This document shows, piece by piece, positions 50,692 through 61,192 of a stretch of DNA of 64,000 nucleotides. Location: positions 3,168,001-3,232,000 of the forward strand of contig OZ240215.1 of NCBI GenBank assembly GCA_965197585.1. Direction: 5' to 3'. The first letter of the stretch is position 1, and each line of letters begins with the position of its first letter. Below the pieces are notes generated by a model that ran no database searches, was not told the origin of the DNA, and saw nothing but the letters and a program-made list of their open reading frames with translations. Origin of the DNA: Dehalococcoidia bacterium (lineage in GTDB: Bacteria; Chloroflexota; Dehalococcoidia; Plut-88900). The position numbers and the translations under genes are program-made.

Positions 50692-52107
50692 CTACTGAAG
50701 GTGCATCACCACCATCTTGAGCTCTGTCATCTCTTCGACGGCGTAGCGAGGGCCTTCCTTGCCCATGCCGCTGAATTTCAGACCGCCGTAGGGCATCAGG
50801 TCGGCACGCCACTGCGGGCCGTAGTTGATGTGCAGGCTCCCGGACTCGACTTCCATGGCAAACTTCATGGCCCAGTCTATGTTCTGGGTGAAGATGCCGG
50901 CAGACAGTCCGTATTCGCTGTCGTTCGCCAGGGCTATGGCGTCGTCAATGTTGTCAATAGGGGTGACGGCCACCGCCGGTCCGAAGATCTCTTCGCAGGA
51001 GATTTTCATCTCGGGCTTGACGTCGGCCACGACGGTCGGGGAGAAGATCGCCCCCTCCCTGTCCCCGCCCGTGACTACGGTTGCGCCCGAGGCAACTGCC
51101 TCGTCGATCCACGCACCCACCCGCACGGCGTCCTCTTCACGTACCATCGGGCCCAACTCGATGCCTTCCTCGATCGGGTTCCCAATCTTTATCTTCTCCA
51201 CACCTTCCTTCAACCCTTCCAGGTAGTCAGCGTAGATCCGACGGTCGGCCAAGACCCGCTGCGTCGATATGCAGACCTGCCCCGCATTGGAGTAGCCGCT
51301 CGCAACAGTTGCCTGGATGACTTTGTCTAAGTCGGCATCCGGCATGACGATGAGCGGGCTGTTGGAACCCAGCTCCATGGTCACTTTCTTTACGCCGGCC
51401 ATTCGGCAGATGTGCTCCCCGACTTCCTTGCTGCCCGTGAACGTGATCTTGCGCACCCGGTTGTCGGTGCTGATCGCGTCTCCGATAAGCTTGCCGCTGC
51501 CGGTAACGCACTGGATTGCCTCGGGGGGCAGGCCGGCGTCCAGGAGTACTTCCACGAGCTTCAGGGCGGACAGGGGGGTGTCGGTGGCGGGCTTGATAAG
51601 GACGGAGTTGCCAGCAGCCAGTGCAGGCCCGACCTTGTGCATAACCAGGTTCAGCGGGAAATTGAACGGACTTATCGCTGCCACGATGCCGCAGGGCACC
51701 CGCATGGTGAACCCGAACTGGCCAGACCAGCTTGGCGCTCCGTCCAGGGGCACCGTCTCGCCGTGGATGCGTTTGGCCTCCTCGGCAGAGCCTGTAAGGG
51801 TCTGTACGGCCCGGTCGACCTCTGTACGGCCCTCTGCTATGACCTTGCCCTCTTCCAGCGTGATGATGCGTCCGTGCTCCTCGCGCCGCTCTTCCAGCAG
51901 TTCAGCAGCCTTCTTCAGAATGCTGTACCGTTCGTAGGCGGGCATCTTGGCCATGATCTTGGCACCTCGGGCAGCGCTGGTGATCGCAGCATCTATGTCG
52001 GAGTCCTCGGCCCTTGGTACGGTGTCAATCTCCACGCCGTCGTATGGGTTAACGACGGCGATCTTCCGGTCCTTATCAATCCATTCTCCGCCTACGAACA
52101 TCTTCAT
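50692..52107 (-). CDS. Aldehyde dehydrogenase family protein
   Basis: SPFNFP, FTGS, MELGSN, GQVCIS and EEIFGP motifs. Confidence 0.95.
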   Translation of the reverse strand: MKMFVGGEWIDKDRKIAVVNPYDGVEIDTVPRAEDSDIDAAITSAARGAKIMAKMPAYERYSILKKAAELLEERREEHGRIITLEEGKVIAEGRTEVDRAVQTLTGSAEEAKRIHGETVPLDGAPSWSGQFGFTMRVPCGIVAAISPFNFPLNLVMHKVGPALAAGNSVLIKPATDTPLSALKLVEVLLDAGLPPEAIQCVTGSGKLIGDAISTDNRVRKITFTGSKEVGEHICRMAGVKKVTMELGSNSPLIVMPDADLDKVIQATVASGYSNAGQVCISTQRVLADRRIYADYLEGLKEGVEKIKIGNPIEEGIELGPMVREEDAVRVGAWIDEAVASGATVVTGGDREGAIFSPTVVADVKPEMKISCEEIFGPAVAVTPIDNIDDAIALANDSEYGLSAGIFTQNIDWAMKFAMEVESGSLHINYGPQWRADLMPYGGLKFSGMGKEGPRYAVEEMTELKMVVMHLQ

Positions 52108-52233
52108 GGATTTTTCCTCCTAATCGTTATCGATAGATTAGCTGCGTAATTAACGCCCGGCACACGGGCACCGAGGCACACTTACCCCGGTCCTCTCTGT
52201 CCGTCCGAGCATTATACCCCATACATTCCTGAC

Positions 52234-53541
52234 CTAGAGTCCCATCTCAGTCATCGACTTATCCAGGAGTTCCACGCCACGGTCCAGCTCCTCGTACGTG
52301 GCCGTCATGGGAGGCGCAATGCGCCAGACGTTGGCTATGTTGGCATAGGAGGCTTGCTGAAGGATTAGCCCGTTCTCCAGGCACTTCTTGGTTAACAGCC
52401 GCGCCTCCTCACCGGCAGGTTCCCTGGTCTCCGGGTCCTTGACCAGCTCCATCCCGAGCAACAGTCCCCTCCCCCGCACGTCCCCGATAATCGGGTGGTC
52501 TTCTTTCATTCTTAGATAGGCGTCCTTCAGGTATTGCCCCTTGGCCCGCGCCTCGTCGGCAAGACCCTCCTTCACCAGTACTTCGATGACGGCAAGCCCG
52601 ACCGCCGCAGCGAACGGGTCGTTCTGGTGGGAAGATATGAAGGCCATCCCCTTGTCGTGGCAGGTCTCTTCTATCTCCTCGGAAGTGATCATGGCAGCCA
52701 GCGGCAACCCAGCCCCGAGGGTCTTGGACAGGGCCAGGATGTCCGGCACGAAACCGTCCTGCTCGAAGGCGAAGGTTGCACCCACCCGCCCGAGTCCCGT
52801 CTGAGCCTCGTCGAGGATGAACAGCAATCCTCGCTCCTCGCACATCTTCTTCACCAATGGGAAGTAGCCGGGCGGAGGTTCCAGCACTCCCGCCGCACTG
52901 AGAATTGGCTCTGCGATGAATGCGGCCAGCGACCCCGTCGTTTGTGCATCGACCATGTTGAAGCCAACCTTGGCGCAGGCGTAATCACAGGACGGGAAAG
53001 TAAGATGGAGGGGACACCGGTAGCAATATGGAGTAGGAATGGCCATGCCCCCTGGTGTCAGAGGTCCATACCCTTCCCTGCGGTTGGAGAAGGTCACACT
53101 GAGCGCCCCTCCCGTGTGACCGTGATAGCCCTGCATCAGCCCTACAACCTCGAAGCGCCCGGTGAACATCTTGGCAACCTTAAGCGCCACTTCCGTCGAT
53201 TCTCCGCCGGTGCTCAGGAGGAGCACTTTCTGGAGTTGCGGTGGTAGAAGGTCGGCGAGGGACTTGCCCAGCTCGATGACCTCCTCACTTACCAGGTTGG
53301 TGTTGAGGTGGAGTATCCGTTCACAGGAGCGCTCCAAGGCTTCGGTTATGGCTGGGTGGTTGTGCCCGAGGCTCGCAGCCATCTGCCCCGACCCGAAGTC
53401 AAGGTACTCTTTGCCGTCTATGTCCACCAGGGTCGCGCCCCGCCCATGAGCGATGATAGGCTCCCCGTAGTCTTTGGAGGAGCGGAACAGGTGGGCCTTC
53501 GCCTGGTCCAGCAGGGCCGTTTTGCGGGAATCTTGCGACAT
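52234..53541 (-). CDS. Class III aminotransferase (dialkylglycine decarboxylase-like)
   Basis: YLDFGSGQM, TGGES.E, LDEAQTGLGR and SKTLGAG motifs. Confidence 0.9.
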   Translation of the reverse strand: MSQDSRKTALLDQAKAHLFRSSKDYGEPIIAHGRGATLVDIDGKEYLDFGSGQMAASLGHNHPAITEALERSCERILHLNTNLVSEEVIELGKSLADLLPPQLQKVLLLSTGGESTEVALKVAKMFTGRFEVVGLMQGYHGHTGGALSVTFSNRREGYGPLTPGGMAIPTPYCYRCPLHLTFPSCDYACAKVGFNMVDAQTTGSLAAFIAEPILSAAGVLEPPPGYFPLVKKMCEERGLLFILDEAQTGLGRVGATFAFEQDGFVPDILALSKTLGAGLPLAAMITSEEIEETCHDKGMAFISSHQNDPFAAAVGLAVIEVLVKEGLADEARAKGQYLKDAYLRMKEDHPIIGDVRGRGLLLGMELVKDPETREPAGEEARLLTKKCLENGLILQQASYANIANVWRIAPPMTATYEELDRGVELLDKSMTEMGL

Positions 53542-53634
53542 GTCATGCTCCTTTGCGTCGGACGGGTTCGGGGACTCGGATATTGTATACGTGAAGGCAA
53601 GAGCGGCACTTGATCGTAGCTTTTCGGTAAAGGG

Positions 53635-53663
53635 TTGACAAGGGTCGGTGCGCCAAATATACT
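53635..53663 (+). promoter_or_regulatory. Sigma70 promoter of the ABC transporter operon
   Basis: TTGACA-N17-TATACT. Confidence 0.8.
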
Positions 53664-53874
53664 AAGCCGACTTTAGAGGCGCGGAGGCTCTGGGGGGCCT
53701 CTCACATAGCGCCTTGCAATTCCATTTATCGAGGCAGACGGCGAAGTACATATAATTAGTTAGCAGGTGACCTATATCACCGGCCCCACCCCAAGTGGCG
53801 GCCATACGGCGGAACTGCATCGGACCAAGAATCGCAGCTTGAGTCAGGAGTCACAGACAGGGGGACCTTAAGCG

Positions 53875-54966
53875 ATGGCAAAAGCTTTAGAACAGATTAG
53901 TGGCGCTAGCATATCAGTCCGCAATCTCACCAAGTTATACGGTGAGGTTCGCGCCCTTGATAACGCCAACCTGGAGGTCGGCGCCGGAGAGTTCATAACC
54001 CTGCTGGGGCCAAGCGGCTCCGGGAAGACAACCTGCCTCATGATGATGGCAGGTTTTGTCATTCCAACCGCCGGGGATATTCTCGTAGACGGCAACTCGA
54101 TCGTCGACATCCCCACCTACAAGAGAAACCTGGGGATGGTTTTCCAGAACTACAGCCTCTTCCCCCACATGAATGTGGAGAAGAACATCGCCTTCCCGCT
54201 CCAGATGAGAAAAATGAAGAAGCGGGAGATCGAGCCACGGGTGCAGGCCGCCTTGGAATTGGTACGGCTGACGGGCTTCGAAAAGAGGCGGGCCAGCCAG
54301 CTCAGTGGTGGTCAGCAGCAGCGTATTGCATTGGCCAGGGCCCTTGTCTATGAACCCAACGTTTTGCTCTTGGACGAGCCCCTTGGCGCCCTTGACCTCA
54401 AGCTCAGGCAGGAGATGCAGATCGAGCTGAAGCACCTCCACAACAGGCTCGGCGTCACCATCATCTACGTTACCCATGACCAGGGCGAAGCCCTCACCAT
54501 GTCCGACAGGATCGTGGTCCTCAACTTCGGTGCCATACAGCAGGTGGCTACCCCTGACGTTATGTACAAGAGGCCCGTCAACCGCTTCGTCGCCGACTTC
54601 ATCGGAGAGACGAACTTCATCGCCGGCAACGGAGATTTGGACGGCACCAGGTATGTTTTGGAGACCGATGATGGGCTGAGGCTGACAGGCATTGCCCGGG
54701 ACGCTGATGTCGACGTTGAGAACGCCACCGCGGTCGTAAGACCAGAGAGTGTCGTAGAGGTGGCGGAAAGCAACGGAATGACCAACGTCTTCGAGGGAGA
54801 GATTGAAGAGATCATCTACCTCGGCGAGCACGTCAAGTACATAATAAGGCTCGGCACCTCCACGCGCATTATGGCCAAATGGCTCCTTAAGGCGGACTCT
54901 CACCTCTACAAGCAGGGAGAGCGGGTACGGATAGGTTGGGAAGCCGACGACATGTTGGCTGTATAA
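53875..54966 (+). CDS. ABC transporter ATP-binding subunit (PotA-like, TOBE domain)
   Basis: GPSGSGKT, LSGGQQQR, LLLDEP and VTHDQ motifs. Confidence 0.94.
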   Translation: MAKALEQISGASISVRNLTKLYGEVRALDNANLEVGAGEFITLLGPSGSGKTTCLMMMAGFVIPTAGDILVDGNSIVDIPTYKRNLGMVFQNYSLFPHMNVEKNIAFPLQMRKMKKREIEPRVQAALELVRLTGFEKRRASQLSGGQQQRIALARALVYEPNVLLLDEPLGALDLKLRQEMQIELKHLHNRLGVTIIYVTHDQGEALTMSDRIVVLNFGAIQQVATPDVMYKRPVNRFVADFIGETNFIAGNGDLDGTRYVLETDDGLRLTGIARDADVDVENATAVVRPESVVEVAESNGMTNVFEGEIEEIIYLGEHVKYIIRLGTSTRIMAKWLLKADSHLYKQGERVRIGWEADDMLAV

Positions 54967-55093
54967 GCCGGCAGCACGGCAACTAAGATTACATCAACGG
55001 ATTAAGCGTACACATCAGCTAGGCTAAACACTCCGTCCCACCAAGCGGAAATTACCGCAAGGTTCGGGGTCAAGTCGACGACTGGAGATAGGT

Positions 55094-56209
55094 ATGGCTC
55101 AAGCAGGGGCTCGACAAACAGGCGCTTTGGTAGGGAAGGCTCCTTATCTTGCTGACCTAAGAGACGTCGGTGACCAAATAATGGATCCGGCTAGGAGACG
55201 CCTCCTCTGGCTCAATCTTAAGGAGCAGGGCTTCTTCCTGATGCTCATTCTTCCTTCTGTTGCCTTGGTGGCTGTATTCCTGATTTTCCCCCTGTGGCGC
55301 ATGCTTTCGCTCAGCTTCGGCACCACGGATGACGGGGTCGCCTTCAACTATAATTTCGAAACCATAGGCCAGTACGAGAGAGCTGTGAATGGGCCGGTCT
55401 ATAGAGAGTTGTTCAAGACAACTTTCCAGATCTCATTCCTAACTACGGTCTTCTCGATCGCCCTGGGGTATCCCGTTGCCTATCTATTGGCTAACGTCGC
55501 GGACAAGACCCGGGCGATTTTGCTTCCCTTGGTGGTGGTGCCCTTCTGGACCAGCATTTTGGTCCGCACGTTTGCCTGGCGCATCATTCTTGGTAGGAAC
55601 GGTTTCATAAACGAGACTTTGGACTGGATAGGGGTTCGGGACGGTGCGGGAGAGCTATTGCAGTGGGTGGGCGAAGTCATACATATGCGGCCCTTCACAT
55701 GGATTCTTAGTTGGACTGGACTGCCCGACGCTCTGAATTTCACACGTTGGGACCCGTCGGTGGATGGCAGTGGGGGAGAGTTGGAGCTGGTCTTCAACCG
55801 TGTAGGCACCCTGATCGGAATGGTGCATATCCTTGTCCCGTTCATGATATTCCCCATATTCGCCGTAATGCGGGGAATCCCCAATGAATACTTGAGGGCA
55901 GCCGAGAACCTTGGCGCTGGCCCCTTTACGGCCTTCCGACGGGTCTACTTCCCGCTGACCACGCCGGGTCTGGGTGCTGGCATCCTTCTGGTATTCATCC
56001 TGTCCCTTGGATTCTTCATCACGCCGGCTCTGCTGGGAGGCCCTGGAGACCGGATGATATCCAACATGATAGAGATACAAATTAATGAGGTGAATAACTG
56101 GGAGTTTGCGGCAGCTCTTGCCTTCATGCTCCTGGGCGGCACCCTAGTCTTGTACTTCATCTATGCCCGCTTCCTGAGCATGGACAGACTATACGGAGAG
56201 ATGCGTTAG
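55094..56209 (+). CDS. ABC transporter permease (PotB-like)
   Basis: PFWTSILVR..AW, AAENLGA and FITPALLGG motifs. Confidence 0.9.
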   Translation: MAQAGARQTGALVGKAPYLADLRDVGDQIMDPARRRLLWLNLKEQGFFLMLILPSVALVAVFLIFPLWRMLSLSFGTTDDGVAFNYNFETIGQYERAVNGPVYRELFKTTFQISFLTTVFSIALGYPVAYLLANVADKTRAILLPLVVVPFWTSILVRTFAWRIILGRNGFINETLDWIGVRDGAGELLQWVGEVIHMRPFTWILSWTGLPDALNFTRWDPSVDGSGGELELVFNRVGTLIGMVHILVPFMIFPIFAVMRGIPNEYLRAAENLGAGPFTAFRRVYFPLTTPGLGAGILLVFILSLGFFITPALLGGPGDRMISNMIEIQINEVNNWEFAAALAFMLLGGTLVLYFIYARFLSMDRLYGEMR

Positions 56210-56266
56210 CAGAGGAAGCCCTTCATACCCGCGTCCTACAGATAACGCGAAGGAACACCAAAAATC

Positions 56267-56668
56267 ATGGAAGGCATCACCAACGCCACAAGAGAAGTCT
56301 TCAAGAGTATTATGATCATCTCGACAGGCGTCCTGATTATCATAATGTTCGGCTTCGCCCTCGTGGCCATCGGTCCGGAATTCGTGACGATTGAGCGCGA
56401 GATAGCGCCCGAGGCCCTGGTCGCGGCCGTGCCCGAGTCCCTGAACGCTGACGTCAGAGCTGGAGCCGGAGAAGAACTTCTGCGGGTTCCCCCCGACTTG
56501 TTGGAAGAGTTTCTGCCCGACTACTCGACAGAAGACACTACGATCAACAACTCTTGGTCAAACGTGATGTGGACTGTCACAGGGGTTGCCGTAGCGATAT
56601 GTGCCGCATTTGGGCTCCTTTGGCTCTTAACAATGCTGCCAGCTAGACTCAAGTCCCTCAGGAACTAA
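56267..56668 (+). CDS. Hypothetical two-TM protein inside the ABC operon
   Basis: Two hydrophobic helices flanking an acidic loop; AAGGA RBS. Confidence 0.65.
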   Translation: MEGITNATREVFKSIMIISTGVLIIIMFGFALVAIGPEFVTIEREIAPEALVAAVPESLNADVRAGAGEELLRVPPDLLEEFLPDYSTEDTTINNSWSNVMWTVTGVAVAICAAFGLLWLLTMLPARLKSLRN

Positions 56669-56703
56669 AGGATACGCCGATCAATGCAAGGAGTTGAGAG
56701 AAC

Positions 56704-57873
56704 ATGAAAGGTGCAGGCACTAGAGGACTCGGTGTTTGGGAAGGCCGTAGGGCTCCTGTCAGAAGGGTTGTGCTCTATCTGTTCGTCTCTGTGGTCTTTG
56801 CCTTCCTAATCCTCCCTAACTTCATCGTCGTACCGCTTTCGGTGACCGACTCCATATTCCTTCAGTTCCCGCCGAGGGGATTCACCTGGCGCTGGTACCA
56901 GGACTACTTCGGTGTGGAGGGGGCTAGTCACTTCGGCTCGACTGGGCGCTGGATACCGGCAACTATAATCAGCGTCGAACTTGCGATAGCTGTCATGGTT
57001 GTTGCTGTACCCATTGGAGCACTGGCGGCTTACGGGCTGACTCGGGGCAAGTTCTGGGGTAAGAATATCCTGAACGCGGTCATCATCTCGCCCCTCATCG
57101 TACCGATACTTATTACTGCAATCGCCCTGTTCTTTTTCCTTTCAAAGGCCCTGCGGTCCTTCTTCAAGTCACCCTCTGGACTGCCGGTTCCCGTCTGGGG
57201 AGAATACGCACTGATTTTCCTGGCCATCGGCCTGGGCATTATCTCCATAGGTGTCCTCTTATTTAGGAGCTTCTACAAGAAGCCGATAGAAGAGTGGGAT
57301 GCGAAGCTTGTCGCATGGTATGAACGGTTCAGGCCTTGGGCCCCGATCGGCATACTGTTTACGGCTCCCTACCTCGTAATCCCGTGGATGTCGGGTTGGA
57401 CGGACAAGTTCGATGGAGGGCTGCTCTCTTCGGCGGACCCGTATCCTCAAGTCCCGGTGGTGGGCGCAGGCCTTCTGGTTGCCCACGTGATGTTGGCTGT
57501 TCCTTACGTCACAATCATCTTGAGTGCAACCCTTAGGAATGTGGAACGTAACCAGGACCAGGCGGCGGCCATCTTGGGCGCGGGGCCAATTAGCACGCTA
57601 ACTAGGGCTGTTCTGCCGCAGATGGTTCCCGGCCTTGCCGCCGCGGCATTCTTCTCCTTCCTCGTGTCCTTCGACGAATTACTGATAGCCCTGTTCCTCT
57701 CGACTAGCCAGATTAGCACCCTGCCCAAGGAAATATGGGACGGTATCCGGACCGAGATCAGCCCGACCATAGCAGCGATCTCCACGATGCTGGTATTCGT
57801 GACCATACTCCTCTTAGGGTTGGCCTTCTTCGTCCAGACCCAGATGCGGAAGAAGGATGCGGCGACGACTTAG
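56704..57873 (+). CDS. ABC transporter permease (PotC-like)
   Basis: FPPRGFTWRWY, AAAILGA, SFDE and TLPKEIW motifs. Confidence 0.9.
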   Translation: MKGAGTRGLGVWEGRRAPVRRVVLYLFVSVVFAFLILPNFIVVPLSVTDSIFLQFPPRGFTWRWYQDYFGVEGASHFGSTGRWIPATIISVELAIAVMVVAVPIGALAAYGLTRGKFWGKNILNAVIISPLIVPILITAIALFFFLSKALRSFFKSPSGLPVPVWGEYALIFLAIGLGIISIGVLLFRSFYKKPIEEWDAKLVAWYERFRPWAPIGILFTAPYLVIPWMSGWTDKFDGGLLSSADPYPQVPVVGAGLLVAHVMLAVPYVTIILSATLRNVERNQDQAAAILGAGPISTLTRAVLPQMVPGLAAAAFFSFLVSFDELLIALFLSTSQISTLPKEIWDGIRTEISPTIAAISTMLVFVTILLLGLAFFVQTQMRKKDAATT

Positions 57874-57917
57874 GGACATTCCAATATAGGAAGAAAAATC
57901 AAAAAGGGACCACTTAG

Positions 57918-58514
57918 ATGCGTACCATTCAAAAGACACTAATCCTGTTGGGGCTCGTAGGGATCTTGGCCTTGCTCTCTTTGTCCGCTGCCTGCGGCGG
58001 CAATGGCAATGGTGATGATGGTAACGGTGATGAACCGGCCCCCACGGCTACTTCGGCAGGTCCTACTTCTACTCCCGCCCCGGCGGCGACTAGCACCCCT
58101 CTTTCAGGTGTCGGGGGAGCGCCCCTGCCTGAAGAGTTTACCGGGGGCGAAGAGATAGCGGCGACGGCCAGCACGACGGACATGATGCCCATCGGTGCAG
58201 ATGGATTGGGTGGGACTCTCGACCTGATCCAGATCGAGCGTCAGACTAAGGTAACTGTCATACTGGACGACGCGGGCCCGGGCCCCTACGCCGCAGCAGT
58301 CCGCAGAGGCGGTTGCCCGGACGAGGGCGGGGATCCCGACGGCCAGTTCGACTACCTCCTCTTCAGCGTAGAAGGCGGCGAGTCCGTAAGCATGGTAAAC
58401 ACGCCGGCCCAGTTCTTCCAGTTCAGCCTTGCCTATGTCATAGTTGTTGACGGCGAAGACCTGGTAAACGACACCCCGATCTCATGCGGCAACATTCCTA
58501 GCCCGCTCAGATAG
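57918..58514 (+). CDS. Hypothetical lipoprotein
   Basis: SAAC lipobox, P/T linker, GGCP..SCGNI cysteine pair. Confidence 0.72.
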   Translation: MRTIQKTLILLGLVGILALLSLSAACGGNGNGDDGNGDEPAPTATSAGPTSTPAPAATSTPLSGVGGAPLPEEFTGGEEIAATASTTDMMPIGADGLGGTLDLIQIERQTKVTVILDDAGPGPYAAAVRRGGCPDEGGDPDGQFDYLLFSVEGGESVSMVNTPAQFFQFSLAYVIVVDGEDLVNDTPISCGNIPSPLR

Positions 58515-58535
58515 ACCTTAACAAGCTTGGATATA

Positions 58536-58570
58536 ATGGCCGGGGCCTCCGACATCGGGGCCCCGGCCAT
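58536..58570 (+). terminator. Terminator-like hairpin
   Basis: atggccggggc..gccccggccat followed by cgttt. Confidence 0.6.
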
Positions 58571-58615
58571 CGTTTATCCAATACAGCTTGCTGACCGCGC
58601 CAAGGAGAGAGCAGA

Positions 58616-59428
58616 ATGACGGACTACAGTAGCCTTAAGTCTCTACAGGTCGAAGTTAGGGACTCCGTTGCCCAGGTAACCCTTGACCGGCCCGACGCCC
58701 TCAACGCCGTCGACCACCAGATGCACCTTGATCTCGAAGAAGTCTTCGGTATGTTGGCGGAGGACTCCAGCGTGAATGCCGTTGTCCTCACCGGAGCCGG
58801 CAAGGCCTTCTCCGCCGGCGGTGACATCAAGGGCATGCAGGAGCGGGCCCGAGACCCGGAAGTGCAGAAGGCCTACATTCATGGCTGGCTTATGCAGGGG
58901 CCCAGGAAGCTGGTCAGAAACCTGGTTGAGCTGCCTCAGCCCATCATTGCCGCCGTCAACGGCCACGCGATAGGCCTCGGGGCTACGCTGGCGTTGCTCT
59001 CAGACATCATTATCGTCTCGGAACAGGCTAAAATTGGAGATCCCCACGTCAGCATGGGTGTCGTGGCGGGCGATGGCGGAGCGGTCATATGGCCCCTTCT
59101 CGTTAGCCTTTGCAAAGCCAAGGAAATGCTGCTCACCGGAGACTTGGTAACCGCGCAGGAGGCCCTGGGCCTCGGTCTGGTCAACAAAGTGGTGGCCAGG
59201 GATCAGGTGGTCCCGTCAGCTATGGAAATGGCTCAAAGACTGGCCTCGGGCCCGACTCTCGCAATCAGGTGGACTAAAATGGCCCTTAACAAGCGGCTGA
59301 GGAACGAAGTTAACCTCGTTCTGGAATCGTCTCTGGCTACCGAAAGCCTGACCTTCTTCACCCGCGACCACACCGAAGCCGTCGACGCTTTCCTGGAAAA
59401 GCGTAAACCTGAATTCCAGGGACGCTGA
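58616..59428 (+). CDS. Enoyl-CoA hydratase/isomerase family protein
   Basis: AFSAGGDI, PIIAAVNGHAIGLG and DPH..G..AGDGG motifs. Confidence 0.92.
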   Translation: MTDYSSLKSLQVEVRDSVAQVTLDRPDALNAVDHQMHLDLEEVFGMLAEDSSVNAVVLTGAGKAFSAGGDIKGMQERARDPEVQKAYIHGWLMQGPRKLVRNLVELPQPIIAAVNGHAIGLGATLALLSDIIIVSEQAKIGDPHVSMGVVAGDGGAVIWPLLVSLCKAKEMLLTGDLVTAQEALGLGLVNKVVARDQVVPSAMEMAQRLASGPTLAIRWTKMALNKRLRNEVNLVLESSLATESLTFFTRDHTEAVDAFLEKRKPEFQGR

Positions 59429-59613
59429 GCTTGGGTGTACTGGGCAAGGCTTTATGCCTCCCGTTCAAGCTCCTGCTTTGGGTGGTGACGCTTCCGGCAA
59501 GATTTGTTGTAGGGCCCCTCAAGCTCGTCTTTGTAATTCTTCTTCTGGCCTTGATACTCGCCGGTGTTCAGTTTGTGTTATTCCTAAAATTCTTCGGAGA
59601 TTGAGATTCGTAA

Positions 59614-60753
59614 ATGAGCGACAAAGATACTTGCCCCATAATCGACGCAGACAGCCACATCCTTGAGCCCTCCGACCTCTGGCAGAAGTGCCTGGAACCG
59701 GAATATAGGGACCGTGCCCTGCGTTTGGAGAAGGACGACCAGGGCTGGGACCAGTGGGTCATAGATGGGAAACCGTGGGGTTACAGACATGGGGTGTTCG
59801 GGGATATGGGCGCAATCGGCCGAGACCTGGAACCCCACTTCACGCCCGGCGTTGTCTCCTACGAAGAAGGAATAGCCTTCGCACCCGGGGGCTGGGACCC
59901 GAAGGAACGGCTCAACGTCCTCGACAAGGAGGGCATCGACAAGGTCGTCCTCTACCCGTCTCTGGGGATCACCTGGGAAGGCGGATGCACCGACCCCGAG
60001 CTAGGGGACGCGTACTGCCGGGCCTACAACAACTGGCTGCTGGACTGGTGCAGCGAATCGCCCGACCGCCTGGTCCCCATCGCCCACGTATGCTTGTTGG
60101 ATCCCGTGCTTGCCGCCGAGGAGATGAAGAGGGCAGTCTCCGCAGGGGCGAAAGGCATCATGCTTCGTGCCTACCCCTCTGGGAACAGGCAGTATGGAGA
60201 CCCGATCAACGACCGGTTCTGGGCCCAGGCAGAGGAGACCGGTGTTCCCATCGCCCTCCACATTGGCGGAGCCCCGAGGATGATGGGCGAGGAGCTCTTC
60301 GACGTGAAGATGGGCCGCTCAACCTGGTGGATCTACGTCATGTTTATGAGCGAGGTGCAGCTGGGCTTCACCACGGTGATGAACGGCGCTATCCTGGAGC
60401 GGTTCCCGGGCATCAAGATGGTCCTGCTGGAGTCGGGTTGCGGCTGGCTCCCCTACTGGCTCGACCGGATGGACGACACCTTTAAACACACTGGCTTTTC
60501 TACCGCCCTGAAGCTCAAACCGTCCGAGTACTTCAAACGGCAATGCCTTATCACCATGGATGCCGACGAAGAGCTCGCCGCTGTCAGTGTCGCGCATGTC
60601 GGTGCCCAGTCCTTCATGTGGGCCGCCGACTACCCCCACTCCGACGGCCATTGGGATGCAGTCAACAGCGTACGTAGCACGCTGAAAGATCTGCCCGAAG
60701 ACGACTTGAATAAGGTGCTGGGCGAAAATGCCCGGAGAGTCTACGGCCTTTAG
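59614..60753 (+). CDS. Amidohydrolase_2 family protein
   Basis: DADSH, EGID..YPS, LESGCGW and ADYPHSD motifs. Confidence 0.9.
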   Translation: MSDKDTCPIIDADSHILEPSDLWQKCLEPEYRDRALRLEKDDQGWDQWVIDGKPWGYRHGVFGDMGAIGRDLEPHFTPGVVSYEEGIAFAPGGWDPKERLNVLDKEGIDKVVLYPSLGITWEGGCTDPELGDAYCRAYNNWLLDWCSESPDRLVPIAHVCLLDPVLAAEEMKRAVSAGAKGIMLRAYPSGNRQYGDPINDRFWAQAEETGVPIALHIGGAPRMMGEELFDVKMGRSTWWIYVMFMSEVQLGFTTVMNGAILERFPGIKMVLLESGCGWLPYWLDRMDDTFKHTGFSTALKLKPSEYFKRQCLITMDADEELAAVSVAHVGAQSFMWAADYPHSDGHWDAVNSVRSTLKDLPEDDLNKVLGENARRVYGL

Positions 60754-60754
60754 C

Positions 60755-61192
60755 CTACACCCGACCCCACGTAACTACTCGGCCCGGCTCTATGACGATT
60801 ACCGCCCTCCCCCCGAAATCCAAGTCCCGATACTGACAGTAGCGAGCGCGTAGCAGGGGAACAGCGGCATCGTGGTCAGGCCCCGACGTGACGATGGTTG
60901 CAGTGCCCCGCACCATCACAAACCCCAGTTGTGACCAATCGTCTGAGTAGGTGTCTACCGTGAGGCAAACCCGGGGGTTGGTGCGAATGTTACGAATCCT
61001 CTTCAACTCCCTGCGCGACACGTCCTTGGGCTTCTCGTCGATTACGATGAAAATGCGGTCGGATGCCGTGGCGAAGCACACCGGCACCACGTAAGGTTGT
61101 CCGGATTCGTCCACCGTAGCCAGCCGCCCGACGAAATGACTGGCGAGAAACGCGGCGACGTGAGGCTCGAACGGTGTGGGAGCGTCTACCAA
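60755..61192 (-). CDS. PPOX-class (F420-dependent, Rv0121-like) oxidoreductase
   Basis: GRLATVD..P.VVPVCF, DEKPK, LKRIRNI..NP.V and YSDDWSQL motifs. Confidence 0.85.
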   Translation of the reverse strand: MVDAPTPFEPHVAAFLASHFVGRLATVDESGQPYVVPVCFATASDRIFIVIDEKPKDVSRRELKRIRNIRTNPRVCLTVDTYSDDWSQLGFVMVRGTATIVTSGPDHDAAVPLLRARYCQYRDLDFGGRAVIVIEPGRVVTWGRV

